DNA of 64,000 nt from Octopus vulgaris. Lineage: Eukaryota. The stretch lies in NCBI GenBank assembly GCA_951406725.2, contig OX597818.1, forward strand, positions 108,810,001 to 108,874,000, given 5' to 3'. This document shows, piece after piece, positions 1 to 11,896 of the stretch. The notes beneath the pieces are model-generated. The model was not told the origin of the DNA and made no database searches. It saw only the letters and a list, made by a program, of their open reading frames with translations. Positions within the stretch are counted from its first letter, which is position 1. Each line of letters starts with the position of its first letter. The position numbers were made by a program, and so were the translations under genes.

Positions 1-35
1 GTCTTCTATGTAAATTTATTATAAATAACACCCCT

Positions 36-137
36 CACACACACACACACACACACACATGCACACACAAGAGTTCATGCTTATATGATCATATAGCTAT
101 CTATTTACACACACACACATACACACACACACACACA
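36..137. repeat. (CA)n microsatellites
   Basis: Two CA dinucleotide runs visible directly. Confidence 0.9.
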
Positions 138-984
138 TATTTAGAAAAACAGGCAGATTGAAGGAGAAAATAGAGATTAACAATATTTTGAATATTAAGC
201 ATATATTCATGTGTGTATTGTGAGATGTAAATCACCATAGCAACACCACATGATGTTTGACTTCAACTACACAAACAGCTTTCTATATGTGACACTGCTG
301 AAGTCATCAGCTCCACCACCACCACCACCACAACTAATTTAACATCTCTACAACAAGGCATTCCCTATGCATCTCTATCAAGTGTTATCTCATCTCGGAA
401 AGCCAGAACTTCAAGGTTCTGCTTTAATTACCTGACACTGAATGGATTAAAAGCCTAACTCCATCCCATGATCCTGTATTGTACCCTCTCATGATAATTT
501 TTCTTCTAGAATTCATTTATTCATATTACATGGCCTTATCAACACAGTCCCTTCACTTGCATATATCAGCTGGTGCTTTTCATAACCCAAACGTTATGTC
601 AATTCACTTGGGCTCAACCTATCACTGCCAAGTTCACACTGCACATCTAATGGACCAGACAGAACTTATTCTTTCCCAATCATTAAATGACCCCAAATGT
701 CACCACCAAACAGTAGTATCGAAAAACATATCACACAAACACAATAAACACCCATTAATGTCTGCTACAGACACAAAAGCAACAAACCCCAATGGTTTCT
801 CTCTTCTATAATATGCCTGGTGCCACTTGCTCCATGTTGCTCCCATTACACCACCACCACCCCAAGAAGAAAAAAACAAAAAAAGAGAAAACCAACAGGA
901 CAAAGGTCTTTTCACCTGTTTAATTAATCTGTTTAATTAATCCAAGTCTGTCCTTACACTGATCACCCAATCTGCTTTATATCT

Positions 985-1385
985 TTTAACTTTTCCTTCA
1001 GTCATGAGACTACGGCCATGTTGGGGCATCATTTTGAAGAATTTTTAGTCAAATGAATCAAATCCAGTGCTTATTTCTCTTTTAGAAGTCTGGTACTTAT
1101 TCTATCGCTCTCTGTTGCTGAACTGTTAAGTTACAGAAATGTAAACATACCAACACCAGCTATCAAGAGGTGGTGGCGGTAGTGAAAGGCAAATACAGTC
1201 AACAAGACACACACACACATACATATATATATGACAGGCTTCTTTTAGTTTTCATCAACCAAATCCACTCACAAGGTTTTCATCAGCCTATGGGTATAGT
1301 AGAAAACACTTGTCCAATGCGCCACACAGTGGGACTGAACTCAGAACCATGTGGTTGGGAAGCAAATTTCCTATCACACAGTTAC
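985..1385 (-). mobile_element. SINE family A (tRNA-derived, internal TA/CA microsatellite)
   Basis: Diverged match to the 59658-60059 copy; B-box-like GAGTTCAGTCCC and TTGGACAAGTGTTTTCTAC body on minus strand. Confidence 0.85.
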
Positions 1386-1539
1386 ACCAGTAACAGTATA
1401 AATTACTATTCTTTTTAAGTTGAATCTTCATCAACTATTTTGATTAAGATAAGAAATTAAATTCTAGGGGAGGGTTAAAGCCTATTAAATCTTGTCAACT
1501 TGGAAGGACAAAAAAAAAAAAAGAAAGTCAACCATTATT

Positions 1540-1754
1540 CTTTTCTACTCTAGGCACAAGACCCGAAATTTTTGGGGACGCAGGGCCAGTCGATTAGATC
1601 AACCCCATTATGCAACTGGTACTTAATTTATCAACCCTGAAAGGATGAAAGGCAAAGTTAACCTTGGCAGAATTTGAACTCAGAACATAAAGACAGATGA
1701 AATACCACTAAGCATTTTGCCCAGCATGTGAACGTTTCTGCCAGGTCGCTGCCT
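1540..1754 (-). mobile_element. SINE family B (tRNA-derived, Nin-like domain), tail type 2
   Basis: B-box GAGTTCAAATTC and core GCCTTTCATCCTTTCAGGGTTGATAAATTAAGTACCAG on minus strand; 12-bp TSD TCAACCATTATT at 1528-1539 and 1755-1766. Confidence 0.9.
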
Positions 1755-2039
1755 TCAACCATTATTAGAATGCAATGGGATGTAATATAGTCTGGTCCTC
1801 TACCAATTCTACCAATCTGTTGCTAGCCATACTAATTCTGTACTTACCAACTGACCAGAGCTTTTTTACTATACATATTGTACACATTTTCAAAATGACA
1901 CATAGAATTACACATACATGAGCATATGTATATTGAATAGTTCTGCAGCAATTAGCCAATCAGATTTCAAACTTCAAATATAGTTGAATGCCTTCTTTAT
2001 ATTCACAAAGAATTCTCTGTCTGATTCAACTGAGTAGAG

Positions 2040-2335
2040 CCTCTTCACGGTATCAACCAGACTATCAGATGTTGTTATACATCACTGATCACAATGCTCT
2101 TGGCACTGATTTAGCTTTCGAATGATACCACACTGCTGGTTAGGCAAGAGGGCCAACGTTCCTCCTGCTCAGAAGGTTATTCCATTGCAGGGTTCACCCA
2201 TTTGCAGCTGAGTGGACTGGAGCACATGAAATGAAGTGTTTTGCTCAAGGACACAATGTGCTACCCAGTCTGGGATCGAACCCATGATTTTGTGATTGTG
2301 AGTGCAGCACCCTAACTACTAGGCCATGCATCTTT
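2040..2335 (-). mobile_element. SINE family D (tRNA head plus conserved central domain)
   Basis: Minus strand has A box TGGCCTAGTAG, B box GGTTCGATCCC, then TGTCCTTGAGCAAAACACTT...CCAGTCCACTCAGCTG; a partial second copy lies at about 39635-39770 (+). Confidence 0.8.
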
Positions 2336-2919
2336 TAAGTAGAGCTGATTAGATCAGTTAACCGCTGAGAGTTGCTTTTATAACTCATTACACAACTGAG
2401 TGTAATCCTTCTGGATCAGCCATATGCCCGAAAGTCATCTTTCCAAAGCAGCTGCACACCTTTGAGACTATTCCGTCAATTGCATATTTTTGTGCATGTA
2501 TTTTGGTGCAGTGTCTTACAGGTGACAAGAAATTTGAATGCAAGTCTAAAATTATTTGTGCAATCATAGAAACACACGATCTTTCCTCCTCAGTTTTAAA
2601 GGGGTGGGTGGGTTGGTGGGGTGGGCAGATGAATACTGTTTAATATATCCAACAATATGACAAGCTATGAATATTCCAACACTTGCCATACCTAGCTTCC
2701 TTATAATTACATTTATCACGAGGAGACTGTGTTTATTTGCAATATTATCAAGACTTAAAATATCTGTAAACAACTCCATGAAAAAATTATATTGCAGAAC
2801 AACCATTCTGGCCATTTAAGATACACAAAAGAATTGAATAGATTTTTCATTTATTTCAGCAGCTGTTGACCATTGTTATTGTCCAACTGTGACATAGACA
2901 GTGACAAAACTCCAGAAAT

Positions 2920-2923
<4 letters not shown>

Positions 2924-2991
<68 letters not shown>

Positions 2992-3001
2992 TGTGTGTGT
3001 G
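2924..3001. repeat. (GA)n(TG)n microsatellite
   Basis: Direct inspection. Confidence 0.95.
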
Positions 3002-3185
3002 ATGCCACATAAAGTACCCAGTACACTGTGTAAAGAGGTCGATGTTAGGAAGGGCATCTAGCTGCAGAAACCACACTAAAACAGACAACAGAATCTGGTG
3101 CATCTCCTGCCCTTGCCAGCTCCTGTCAAACCATCCAACCCATGCCAGCATGGAAAATAGATGTTAAACAATGAAGATAATGATA
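3002..3185 (+). mobile_element. RTE-type LINE 3' tail (family C)
   Basis: TTAGGAAGGGCATC...CCAACCCATGCCAGCATGGAAA...GTTAAAC followed by a degenerate (GAT)n tail. Confidence 0.8.
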
Positions 3186-4372
3186 GTGGTGGTGGAGATG
3201 AGAGACCCTCATGTTATCCACAATATATTGAACTTTTTAATTTAAACATGAACATTTTAGTACAGGCAGTGTTTAGCAGATTAGTATCAAAAGATTGAAG
3301 TTGTATATAGCTTCATTCAAATATGGCTAAACATTAAAAAAAAAACAACCCAAAAATGATCTGCCTAGATTTTCTGAGTGTACCTGTGTATATATGAGCA
3401 AATATGGATGTTAAAACAATAAAGATTATGATGTTTGTGTGTGCATGTAGCAATAATTGAAGTACTGTTTTGGTTATGTTTGTTCGGTTCAAGAGTCAAC
3501 CAGAAAGAATGGTAACTCATTTTAAGCACATTTAACATTGCTAGTAGAATGTTTGTTTGAATAGTATAAGACAGGCTTATAGTGTGTTTAGCATACAAAG
3601 AGAGAAACGGGATCAACCAAATTCTTTGGCACATTTGCAGCTCTCTTTAGAATTGTGGATTAAATAGTGAGCCAAGTGCTTTACATATGAATGAAAGGTT
3701 GAACATAGAAAAAACAAAAAGATCACTAATTTAAAGAAAAAAAAAAGACACCATCAAGAATTCAATAAAACTAGTGATGGAATATGTTGAGGTGGGGTGG
3801 AGAGCAGTAAATAAAATTCATAAAATAAGGTAAGTTTGCATGCTGTAAAGAGATGTTAGTTCTGATATTTCAAGCGTGGCCTTTCTTCTAAGAAATGAGA
3901 AGTGTGAACATCAGAACTCAGTTCTCCTCACGCACACTTGTCTTATTTTATTACTAAGAAACATGAGCTTCAAGGGAAGCATATAAACAAGAGACGGGTT
4001 GGCTTAAGGGAGATCAGATGTACAGTGATTGATTGATATTTAAAAGGAGCAGTAGTTTCTATTTTATGTATGGTTAAGATGAGTGGAGTAATTGATATGG
4101 TGGTGCAACTTCAAGCTTATTTCATTTTCTATTTTAGTTCAACTTTCCATAACACTAGACAACAAAGATATGGTACAGGAAAAAATACAAAACTGTTGTT
4201 GCTAGGTAAATTCAAGTCATTATTTAGAAATTTTTTTTATCATGTCCAGATTTTTTGAAATTTAATTCTTGTTAGTTTGTACATGCATTAAGATTAATAC
4301 ATAGTCTTACTCGTTTTCACATGACAGGGTGCGAATATAATTACTTTTACAGATGCAGAGCGGTAATTAAGA

Positions 4373-4900
4373 ATGCCATCAAAAAGACTAGCTTGGATAA
4401 ATCAACCAGACAACTCTTGGTCAGTGGACAATGTACACTCATTCAACATAGTAACACCATCAAAACTGAAACTTGCCTACAAGTCATATTTCGGTTGTAA
4501 GACCAAAGGAAGTCTTGGGCTCCACATATTGGCCATGCACCGTACAATGCAGTGTTAATTAACAACATGGCTGAATACTAACAGAAAAGCAATTCCATTC
4601 ACAGTATCTGTGATTTTGTATGACAAGGATCTTGAAGAGTGGAGACTTTTCATTAAATCTAGTAAAGTGGCTTTTCAAGCTGTCTTACTCCACAATACCA
4701 ATGAGAAACCTTCAATAACTATAGAAATACCACTGATCTTCAGAAAAGTTGTGAAAATAAGGAAACTGCTGTTGAGGATCAGCAAATACAAGGAGCACAC
4801 ATGAAATATTGGTGTCATCTTAAAGTTATATTACTGCCTCTTGGCCAACAGCTGGGCAACACAAAGAAGTAACTTGTTGTTTCTACGGAATAACAGAGTT
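4373..4900 (+). pseudogene. Sola-like DNA transposase relic
   Basis: Fragments NQPDN..., KLAYKSYFGCK, WAPHI and EEWRLFIKSSKVAFQAVLLHN resemble the AYxxYFG..WAPH..WRLFIDSSKxSLKAVLLHN transposase family; many stops and frameshifts. Superfamily assignment is from memory. Confidence 0.6.
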
Positions 4901-4999
4901 GATAAAAGCTGATGCTGATGGATCAGAGAGCCATGGTGTCATCTGTGACTCGTCACTTGCCTCAAAAAGAACAAAAAAAAAAGAAAGAAAGAAACAGAG

Positions 5000-5790
5000 C
5001 TGAGAGCATGAAGATCTCTAAGGACAAACTCAGTGCATCATCTCTGGAACACGTTATGAATATTCAAACTCATCATCTGCAGAATAGGATCTTAAAGGTT
5101 GCAAAAATTACAAATCTTGAGGACAAGACAGTGATGTCTATGGTGTAGAAATCCAAAGAGTTACAGTTTAGCTACCATGGCCTGTGGATCTTAATAATTT
5201 TAAGGATATTGATGGCTAGCTGTAATGATTTAAAAATTGCCATGGAATGTAACAAAATTACCCATGGTAAAATAGGGAGGACACCAAATAAGGAAATCAA
5301 ATCATCTAGAAAGAAATGAAATGACTTTTCAAGTATGAAAGACTCCTAATTTCTCATTAAAGAGATGATGAAGCAGGATTGTTTTGGCAGTCTACTTCAG
5401 AAATATTCAAACTTTTAACAACAGTCACTAGACATTATATAAACACAGATGGTGTGTGCTTTTTAAAGTTTGTTTTGGTGAGGTGGGTCAGCATATCTGT
5501 AAGTTCTGAAAGACATACAAGTATTTATTACCATATCAAGAAATTATGGCTCAACATGACTATTTCCAATTGCTGGTTCTTCTCACATTTCATTCCTGAG
5601 GTGCAAAAATATCAGGAGGATGTACTCACTTTCTACTGACGAATGAGGTCACTGCTAATTTTGGACAATGCACCTGCTCTCCCATTTGGTCCCTAACATG
5701 TACCAAATGAATAGAAAATATGGTGCATGTTGTTGCAATTCTATGGTACCTCCATGATCTAGAAAATGGATCAAAGTATAATTTTTAGCC
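5000..5790 (+). pseudogene. Tigger/pogo (DDE_1) transposase relic
   Basis: WFFSHFIPEVQKYQ...SLLILDNAPA...KMDQSII matches Tigger/Jerky DDE motifs; disrupted. Confidence 0.7.
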
Positions 5791-5794
5791 TGAT

Positions 5795-6140
5795 TATACC
5801 ACATGGTCCTGGGTTCAGTCCCACTGCATGACACCTTGGGAAAGTGTCTTCCAATATCACCTCAGGCTAACCAATGCTTTGTAAATGGATTTGGTGGACA
5901 GAAACTGGAAGAATCCCATGGTACATACATCATATGTGCATGTGTGTGTGTGTGAGACCACTGCTTGATGACTGGTGTCGGTGTGTTTATGTCCCCATAA
6001 CTTAGTCGTTAAACAAAAGAGACCGCTAGAGAAAGTATCAGGCTTAAAAGAGAAAAATGTACTGGGGTTGATTCATTCAACAAAAAATTCTTCAAGGCAA
6101 ATGCCCCAGCATGGCCACAGGCTGAAACAAGTAAAAATCT
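5795..6140 (+). mobile_element. SINE family A
   Basis: CCACATGGTCCTGGGTTCAGTCCCACTGC...CCCCAGCATGGCCACAG...GAAACAAGTAAAA. Confidence 0.85.
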
Positions 6141-6419
6141 AAAATAAATAGTATTAATATAACCTTAGCTTGTGCCCTTCAAAGAGGGTCTCTGCATAAT
6201 TTTACAAACGCATAAATTTCGAAGGGAATGTAAGGCACCTAAATGCTGGTTGTCCTTCAGATGTAAGCCTTTACTCTTAGTTCAGTCAGCCAAACAAGCA
6301 ACCTTTTCTCTTAATTAGTATAATTTAAGAAGGGACGACGGAGTTAATTATGTGTGTTTGTCTAAATGCACTGATTTTTTTAATAAGGATCTATTCTTAT
6401 CTGATTGATTTATCTTTTA

Positions 6420-6820
6420 CCTTTTACTTGTTTCAGTCATTAGACTATGGCCATGCTGGGGCACCACCTTGAAGAATTTTTAGTTGAATGAATTGATTCC
6501 AGGACTTGTTTCTTTAAAACCTGGTACGTAGTCTCTTTCACTGAACCACTAAGTTACAGGGACATAAACACACCAACACTGGTTGTCAAGTGGAGGTGCT
6601 GGTAGGGCAGGTGGGGGAAAACACAGGCACAAATACACACACACACATAGATATAATATGACAGGCGTCTTTCAGTTTCTATCAATCAAATCCACTCATA
6701 AGGTTTTGGTTGGCCTGAGGCTATAGTAGAAGACACTTGCCTAAGGTATCACACAGTGGGACTGAACATAGAACCATGTGGTTCAAAAGCAACCTTCTTA
6801 CCACACAGCCATGCCTGCCC
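6420..6820 (-). mobile_element. SINE family A
   Basis: Near full-length copy, inverted relative to the copy at 5795-6140. Confidence 0.85.
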
Positions 6821-6837
6821 CTATTTGTTATTAAGTA

Positions 6838-7061
6838 AAAGGCAGTGAGCTGGCAGAAACGTTAGCACGCCGGGCAAAATGCTTATTCGTATTTCGTCTG
6901 CCGTTACGTTCTGAGTTCAAATTCCGCTGAAGTCGACTTTGCCTTTCATCCTTTCGAGGTCGACAAATAAAGTACCAGTTACACACTGGGGTCGATGTAA
7001 TCAACTTAATCCCTTTGTTTGTCCCCTCTATGTTTAGCCCCTTGTGGACAATAAAGAAATA
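6838..7061 (+). mobile_element. SINE family B, tail type 1
   Basis: GGCAGTGAGCTGGCAGAAACGTTAGC...GAGTTCAAATTCC; TSD ATTTGTTATTAAG at 6823-6835 and 7062-7074. Confidence 0.9.
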
Positions 7062-8880
7062 CATTTGTTATTAAGGATATATTTCTCTGTACCTAGATGT
7101 GATTCATTTAAGAACTTATTTTGGGTACAATTGATCTCAGATACACATCATACATAAAAAAGCAGGGCAGCAGACAAGTGATGCTAGGACATATATGTAG
7201 CCATGGAAACCTCAGTCAAAACCTCGTGTCATTGAAACGAGTGTTCTGTTTACATTAGGGTGGTTAGACAGCAGAGAACTGAAATTACAAAAACGATGCT
7301 GTACTGAATATCCCTTAAACCAATTCCAGCCTTGGAAAATGAATGATGATGGTGATGATGTCAATATATATTTGAAAGACTAACCCTTTATTATAAGCTG
7401 TAAGATTTGAAAGAAATCATTCTCCAAAGGAATTATGAAAATGCCATAAAAGAATAGTGCAATGAAGATTTACAGGAAAGGACATGTGAATAGATTGTTA
7501 GCATTGGGTTTTCAATGATCCTCCTTATGTTATCCTGAATATATTTACTAGGATATTCAAAATAGATATGAGAACATCTTAAGGTTCCATACAGAGTATG
7601 TGATGTACAAACAAACATAAGGTTATTATAAGACATCAGTGAGAGAGAGAGAGAGAGAGAGAGAGGCAGAGAGAAGAGAAAGGAGAAGCAACAGAGAAAA
7701 GAGTAAGATTGATGAAAATGTATACAAAACATTATTTATAATTTTTTTTTATATAATCTACCCAGTCGTTCCATGGTGTATGATGTCTTATGTAAGTATT
7801 AAAACTAGCCATTCTACCAGGTTATTATCCAACAAACCCATTAGAGAAAATCATATTTCTCCCGTCATTCAATTCTATCAGGTATCCAACAAAAAAAAAA
7901 AAGTATACGACATGAGCTTATTTAAATAGAAAAAAAAAAGAAACACAAAAAACAAACTGAAAGCAACCCAAAACACTTCCATTCCATGAAATCTTCTTAC
8001 TATGCAAATCACTCACTTTATCAAATGGAATATATTATAAGAAATCTCGTTACTTCTCCAACTAAACCATCTACAAGCTATTCAAAAATGTATGGTTAAC
8101 CCACTGAGTGTCAAGCTATGAAATCATAAAAGAACATCTTAGAATTTAATTCACTGTTCTGTTTGCAATCCTATTCCCTTTAATTCTTTCTGTGTGTTCA
8201 TTTTGTTTTTGTCTTCATTAAGTAAAAATAATTAATGAAGATAATGATTTCAGATAGGAGAAAACTCTTCAAATAAAGATAGGATGATAGAATACTTTCT
8301 AATTTTCTTTTTAATATGAAAATTCTTTTTTAATATAGAATGCCTTTGGTGGAATTGTCAGATCAAACTATTTGAAATTATGCCCCGCAGTCTTACGTTT
8401 TTGCCAATTTAATTCGATATATATTTCCAGCTGTCAGATATTTCCTGTTTTCAAACTTTATTACATTTTATAATGAACCAATACAGGAAAATACTAGCAA
8501 TCACAGTTGCTGTAGTTGTTGCCACCACCACCACTATTAATAATGATGACGACAACAAAAACAACAACAACAATGGTAATAACTCTTTAAAATCCTACTG
8601 AAATATAAGGATAATAAGAAAATCCCTTTTGCCAAATGCTTTCACTGTTTAACAATGTCTTTGTTAATTGCTTTCAACTTTTCTCCCTCAACAGTTTTTT
8701 TAAATTCGTAAATTAATGGAAAGAAAAAGAAAACCATAACGATATATTTCCCAATGACCAGACATTGTTCAGAGTAACCTCATTAGTTCATTAAGAGGTC
8801 ATTTATAAGAGCTCTTTCTCCAGACAACATGTTATCATCACTTCCACTACCTCCACAACCACCACTGCAACTATGCAAAT

Positions 8881-9183
8881 CAGGGGGTCTCAAACTTTTT
8901 GGGCTGCCGACCCCCTTGTGGTCACATAATACACCCAGCGCCCCCACCCCTATTTTTATGTATAAATAAATATAGTATATTTTACTAATTTATTTATATA
9001 CTATGAATCATTTGATATTTAATATAATATTATATAATTTGTATACAATGCTATAATAATATTATAATAAATTCATAGCATCCCCCAATTCACTGCCTTC
9101 CTCCCAACGCCTCCTTTTTCTCCACCCCTTTAGGCACCAGTGCCCTCTCAACACCCACCGGGGAGTGGGGGGAAAGAACCTAC
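8881..9183. mobile_element. hAT-Charlie-like MITE (decayed)
   Basis: Starts CAGGGGGTCTCAAACTTTTT, typical of Charlie/MER5-type TIRs; right end degenerate. Confidence 0.55.
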
Positions 9184-9643
9184 GATGTAGATCATAATCA
9201 TAATGTTCTTTCATGTCAAATGTTCAATGCTAAGAATGTGCAGAGAAATCTATAAAAAACCAGTTTCTCAATGGACTATCTCTCTCTCTCTCTCTCCTTC
9301 TCCCCCCCCCCACACTAATGCCTAACTTTTACATCTCTTACAACCCCATAAGTATTTGTAATACTAAACAAGCACACATGGAAACAGTGATTTCAAAGTC
9401 ACAAGTAATTAATACATTGGAAGGAACTAATTATTATTTAATGTTTTAATTTAACTTTCTGACATTGAAAAAGATTAGTTTTTTTTTTTTTTTTTTTCCA
9501 GTTTACTTTCTCTATAAAGTAATAACACAGAAAAATAAGTGTAAAGTTTCAAATAGAGTTTATAAGTCATTCTGGAGTAGAAGATCAGCACAGATCTACT
9601 CACATAACTTACTTATTTCTTTCTGGATATTCAGAAAAGAGTC

Positions 9644-10170
9644 CCAGATTTTGATGTGGTGTGAAAAGAGAAAAGTTGTAAATCTAGTCAAGTTAACGGT
9701 CCCTCAAGAAGATAACATGGACTCAAAAGATTGACCATTATGTAAACCTACTCGAGGAATGTGAAGATGCAGGCTGGAAAGCGGAGCATTTTCCAATCGA
9801 AGTTGGATGTAGAGGGTTTGTTGGACACAGTGTGAGACAACTATTGTTATCGGTAGGCCTAACTCATCGTAAAGTCAATACCACCATGACTGATATCCAA
9901 ACTACAGTGGAGAGGGCTAGCCACTGGATTTGGTTAAAAAGTGACGATGAGCGATGGCTAGAAGAATATTGAGCTTTATTTGATAACCAGTTGATCTGGC
10001 AAGTGGGTCTCATATCAGTGGGGGGGGTGGGGGGTGCAGTGATGCCATCGAGAGGTAGGCCCCGAAATGGCACGCATTCTCTCTCTCCTGATGACCCCAT
10101 ACACTTGCTGGCTTCCCGTATGTGGAGTTTTTGACTGGTAGCACTTGCATGTGCAAGTTGTTTGCAAGAC
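9644..10170 (+). mobile_element. 5'-truncated Hero (R2-group, RLE) non-LTR retrotransposon
   Basis: Manual translation: ILMWCEKRKVVNLVKLTVPQEDN / KIDHYVNLLEECEDAGWKAEHFPIEVGCRGFVGHSVRQLL...VERASHWIWLKSDDERWLEEY* (stop 9970-9972), the restriction-like endonuclease C-terminus of Hero elements, followed by a GC-richer 3' UTR. Confidence 0.85.
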
Positions 10171-10779
10171 ATATAAAACAGGATTATGGTTGTAAAGTAG
10201 GACAGACATAGTTTTGCAATGAGGGAAGAACAAACAGTTTTCACAAATTTGTAAAACAAATTTCAGTAAGCAATTCACTTGCCAAAGGCATGCAGTCTCC
10301 CCACCCAAAATACATGACTTAGGTTTATTTTATAAAAATGTATTCAATTAGGCACAACTTGAAGTTTAATACAAAAATGTCCATTCATAATTAGCAACAT
10401 ACTCGGAGGATTTCAAAGATCCATACGACTATAAATTTTAGCAAGAAAGTAGGAATCTCAGCCAAAAATGCTACATTTTTATTTAATCTTTTAAGTAAAA
10501 TGTGCTGACTTAGAATTACAAATCCCATGCTTTAATGAAAGTATTTTCTGACCAGGTTTTAAACATTCAGAAACAATTGCCACTTAATGAGAAACAGAAC
10601 AGCAAACTACTTTGCATCATAAAAGAACAAGAAATGTATGCAAATGAAGAACACACACACAATCTTGTAAGATGGAAATCATATTTGATTCTATATTTTT
10701 TTGAAAATTCTATAACATAATCTGATTGTAACTAACAACATCATAGTAGAGAGCAGCTATAAAACTTATGTACAATTAT

Positions 10780-11300
10780 GTAAGAGGTCTCCAGCAGTCT
10801 TGCTTTAATGCCAAAATTAAATGAATATAATTGACTTTGAATATTTACATTGACATTAAATATTCCAAATTATAAATTGGTTCTCAAAAGTTGAGGAACA
10901 ATTTCAATTTTTTTCCCAATACTTTAGGAAAAATCTATAGTGGAATATTGAATAATGGAAACTCTAGTCTTCCTCTCAACTTCAATGGTTATGAGATACT
11001 CACTTATTCAAAAGATTAAGCAGAATTGCTAATTCTACTTTTGATTCATCTGACCATGTCGTTCCAAATATTCCTTCTCAATGTGATGGTCCTTTATCTT
11101 ATTTGTGTGTTACTTCTAAACCTATGACAAAAATAATTTCAAGTTTTACCATTTCTTTTGCTATTTCTAATCTTGTCAATATTTTGCTATTGTTTTTTTG
11201 CAAAATCACATTTCCAGACATCTTAAGCCATTTAAACTCATCTAATGTTTAGCTGAGTTTTCTTCCTTAGCTTGCTTGAAAGCAGCCCTTGTTCTGCCTA
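10780..11300 (-). pseudogene. Possible Tc1-like transposase relic
   Basis: Minus strand encodes WSDESKVEL near 11030-11056, like the Tc1 WSDE motif; the rest is heavily decayed. Confidence 0.4.
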
Positions 11301-11384
11301 TTATAAAAAATGGTGAACATTCCAGTTTTCACAACTACCACTCAAAAGAAGCATTCTTAACAAAGTCAATGATATATATATATA

Positions 11385-11630
11385 TAGGCACCTGTGCCGG
11401 TGACATGTGTAAAAGATTCGAGTGAGGTCGTTGCCAGTACCTCCTGACTGGCACGTAAAAGCAGCCACTAAACTCTCGGAGTGGTTGGCGTTGGGAAGGG
11501 CATCCAGCTGTAGAAACTGCCAGATCAAGATTGAAGCCTGTTGCAGCCATCTGGTTCGCCAGCCCTCAGTCAAATCATCCAACCCATGCTAGCATGGAAA
11601 GCGGATGTTAAATGACAATGATGATGATAT
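11385..11630 (+). mobile_element. RTE-type LINE 3' tail (family C)
   Basis: Hairpin-repeat unit, GGAAGGGCATCCAGCTGTAGAAAC core and (GAT)n tail. Confidence 0.85.
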
Positions 11631-11896
11631 GTGTGTGTGTGTGTGTGTGTAAATAAAGGCTACAAACCTCACTAAGGGATAACAAAATCCCATGAAAGTG
11701 CTGGTTAGTTACACAAAGAATGTTGAACATTACAGTTAATACTCAACAGCAAGGTAACTATATAAACTGAGGTTTATATATATTTATTTATTATAATATG
11801 ATACGAAAATAGAGAGATAAGTAATAAATTATTATTTATTAATAAATAATAGTAACAATAATATTAATTATCTCTTTATTTTATTATAAATAAATA

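Noticed and set aside
2387-2600. ~70-codon open frame on the minus strand (FKTEEERSCVSMIAQ...)
   Set aside because: No recognisable homology, no similarity to the Greatwall terminal exon and no clear splice acceptor.
10060-10100. GAAA and CTGATGA in the Hero 3' UTR as a hammerhead
   Set aside because: The sequences that should form stem II are CCCC on both sides and cannot pair.
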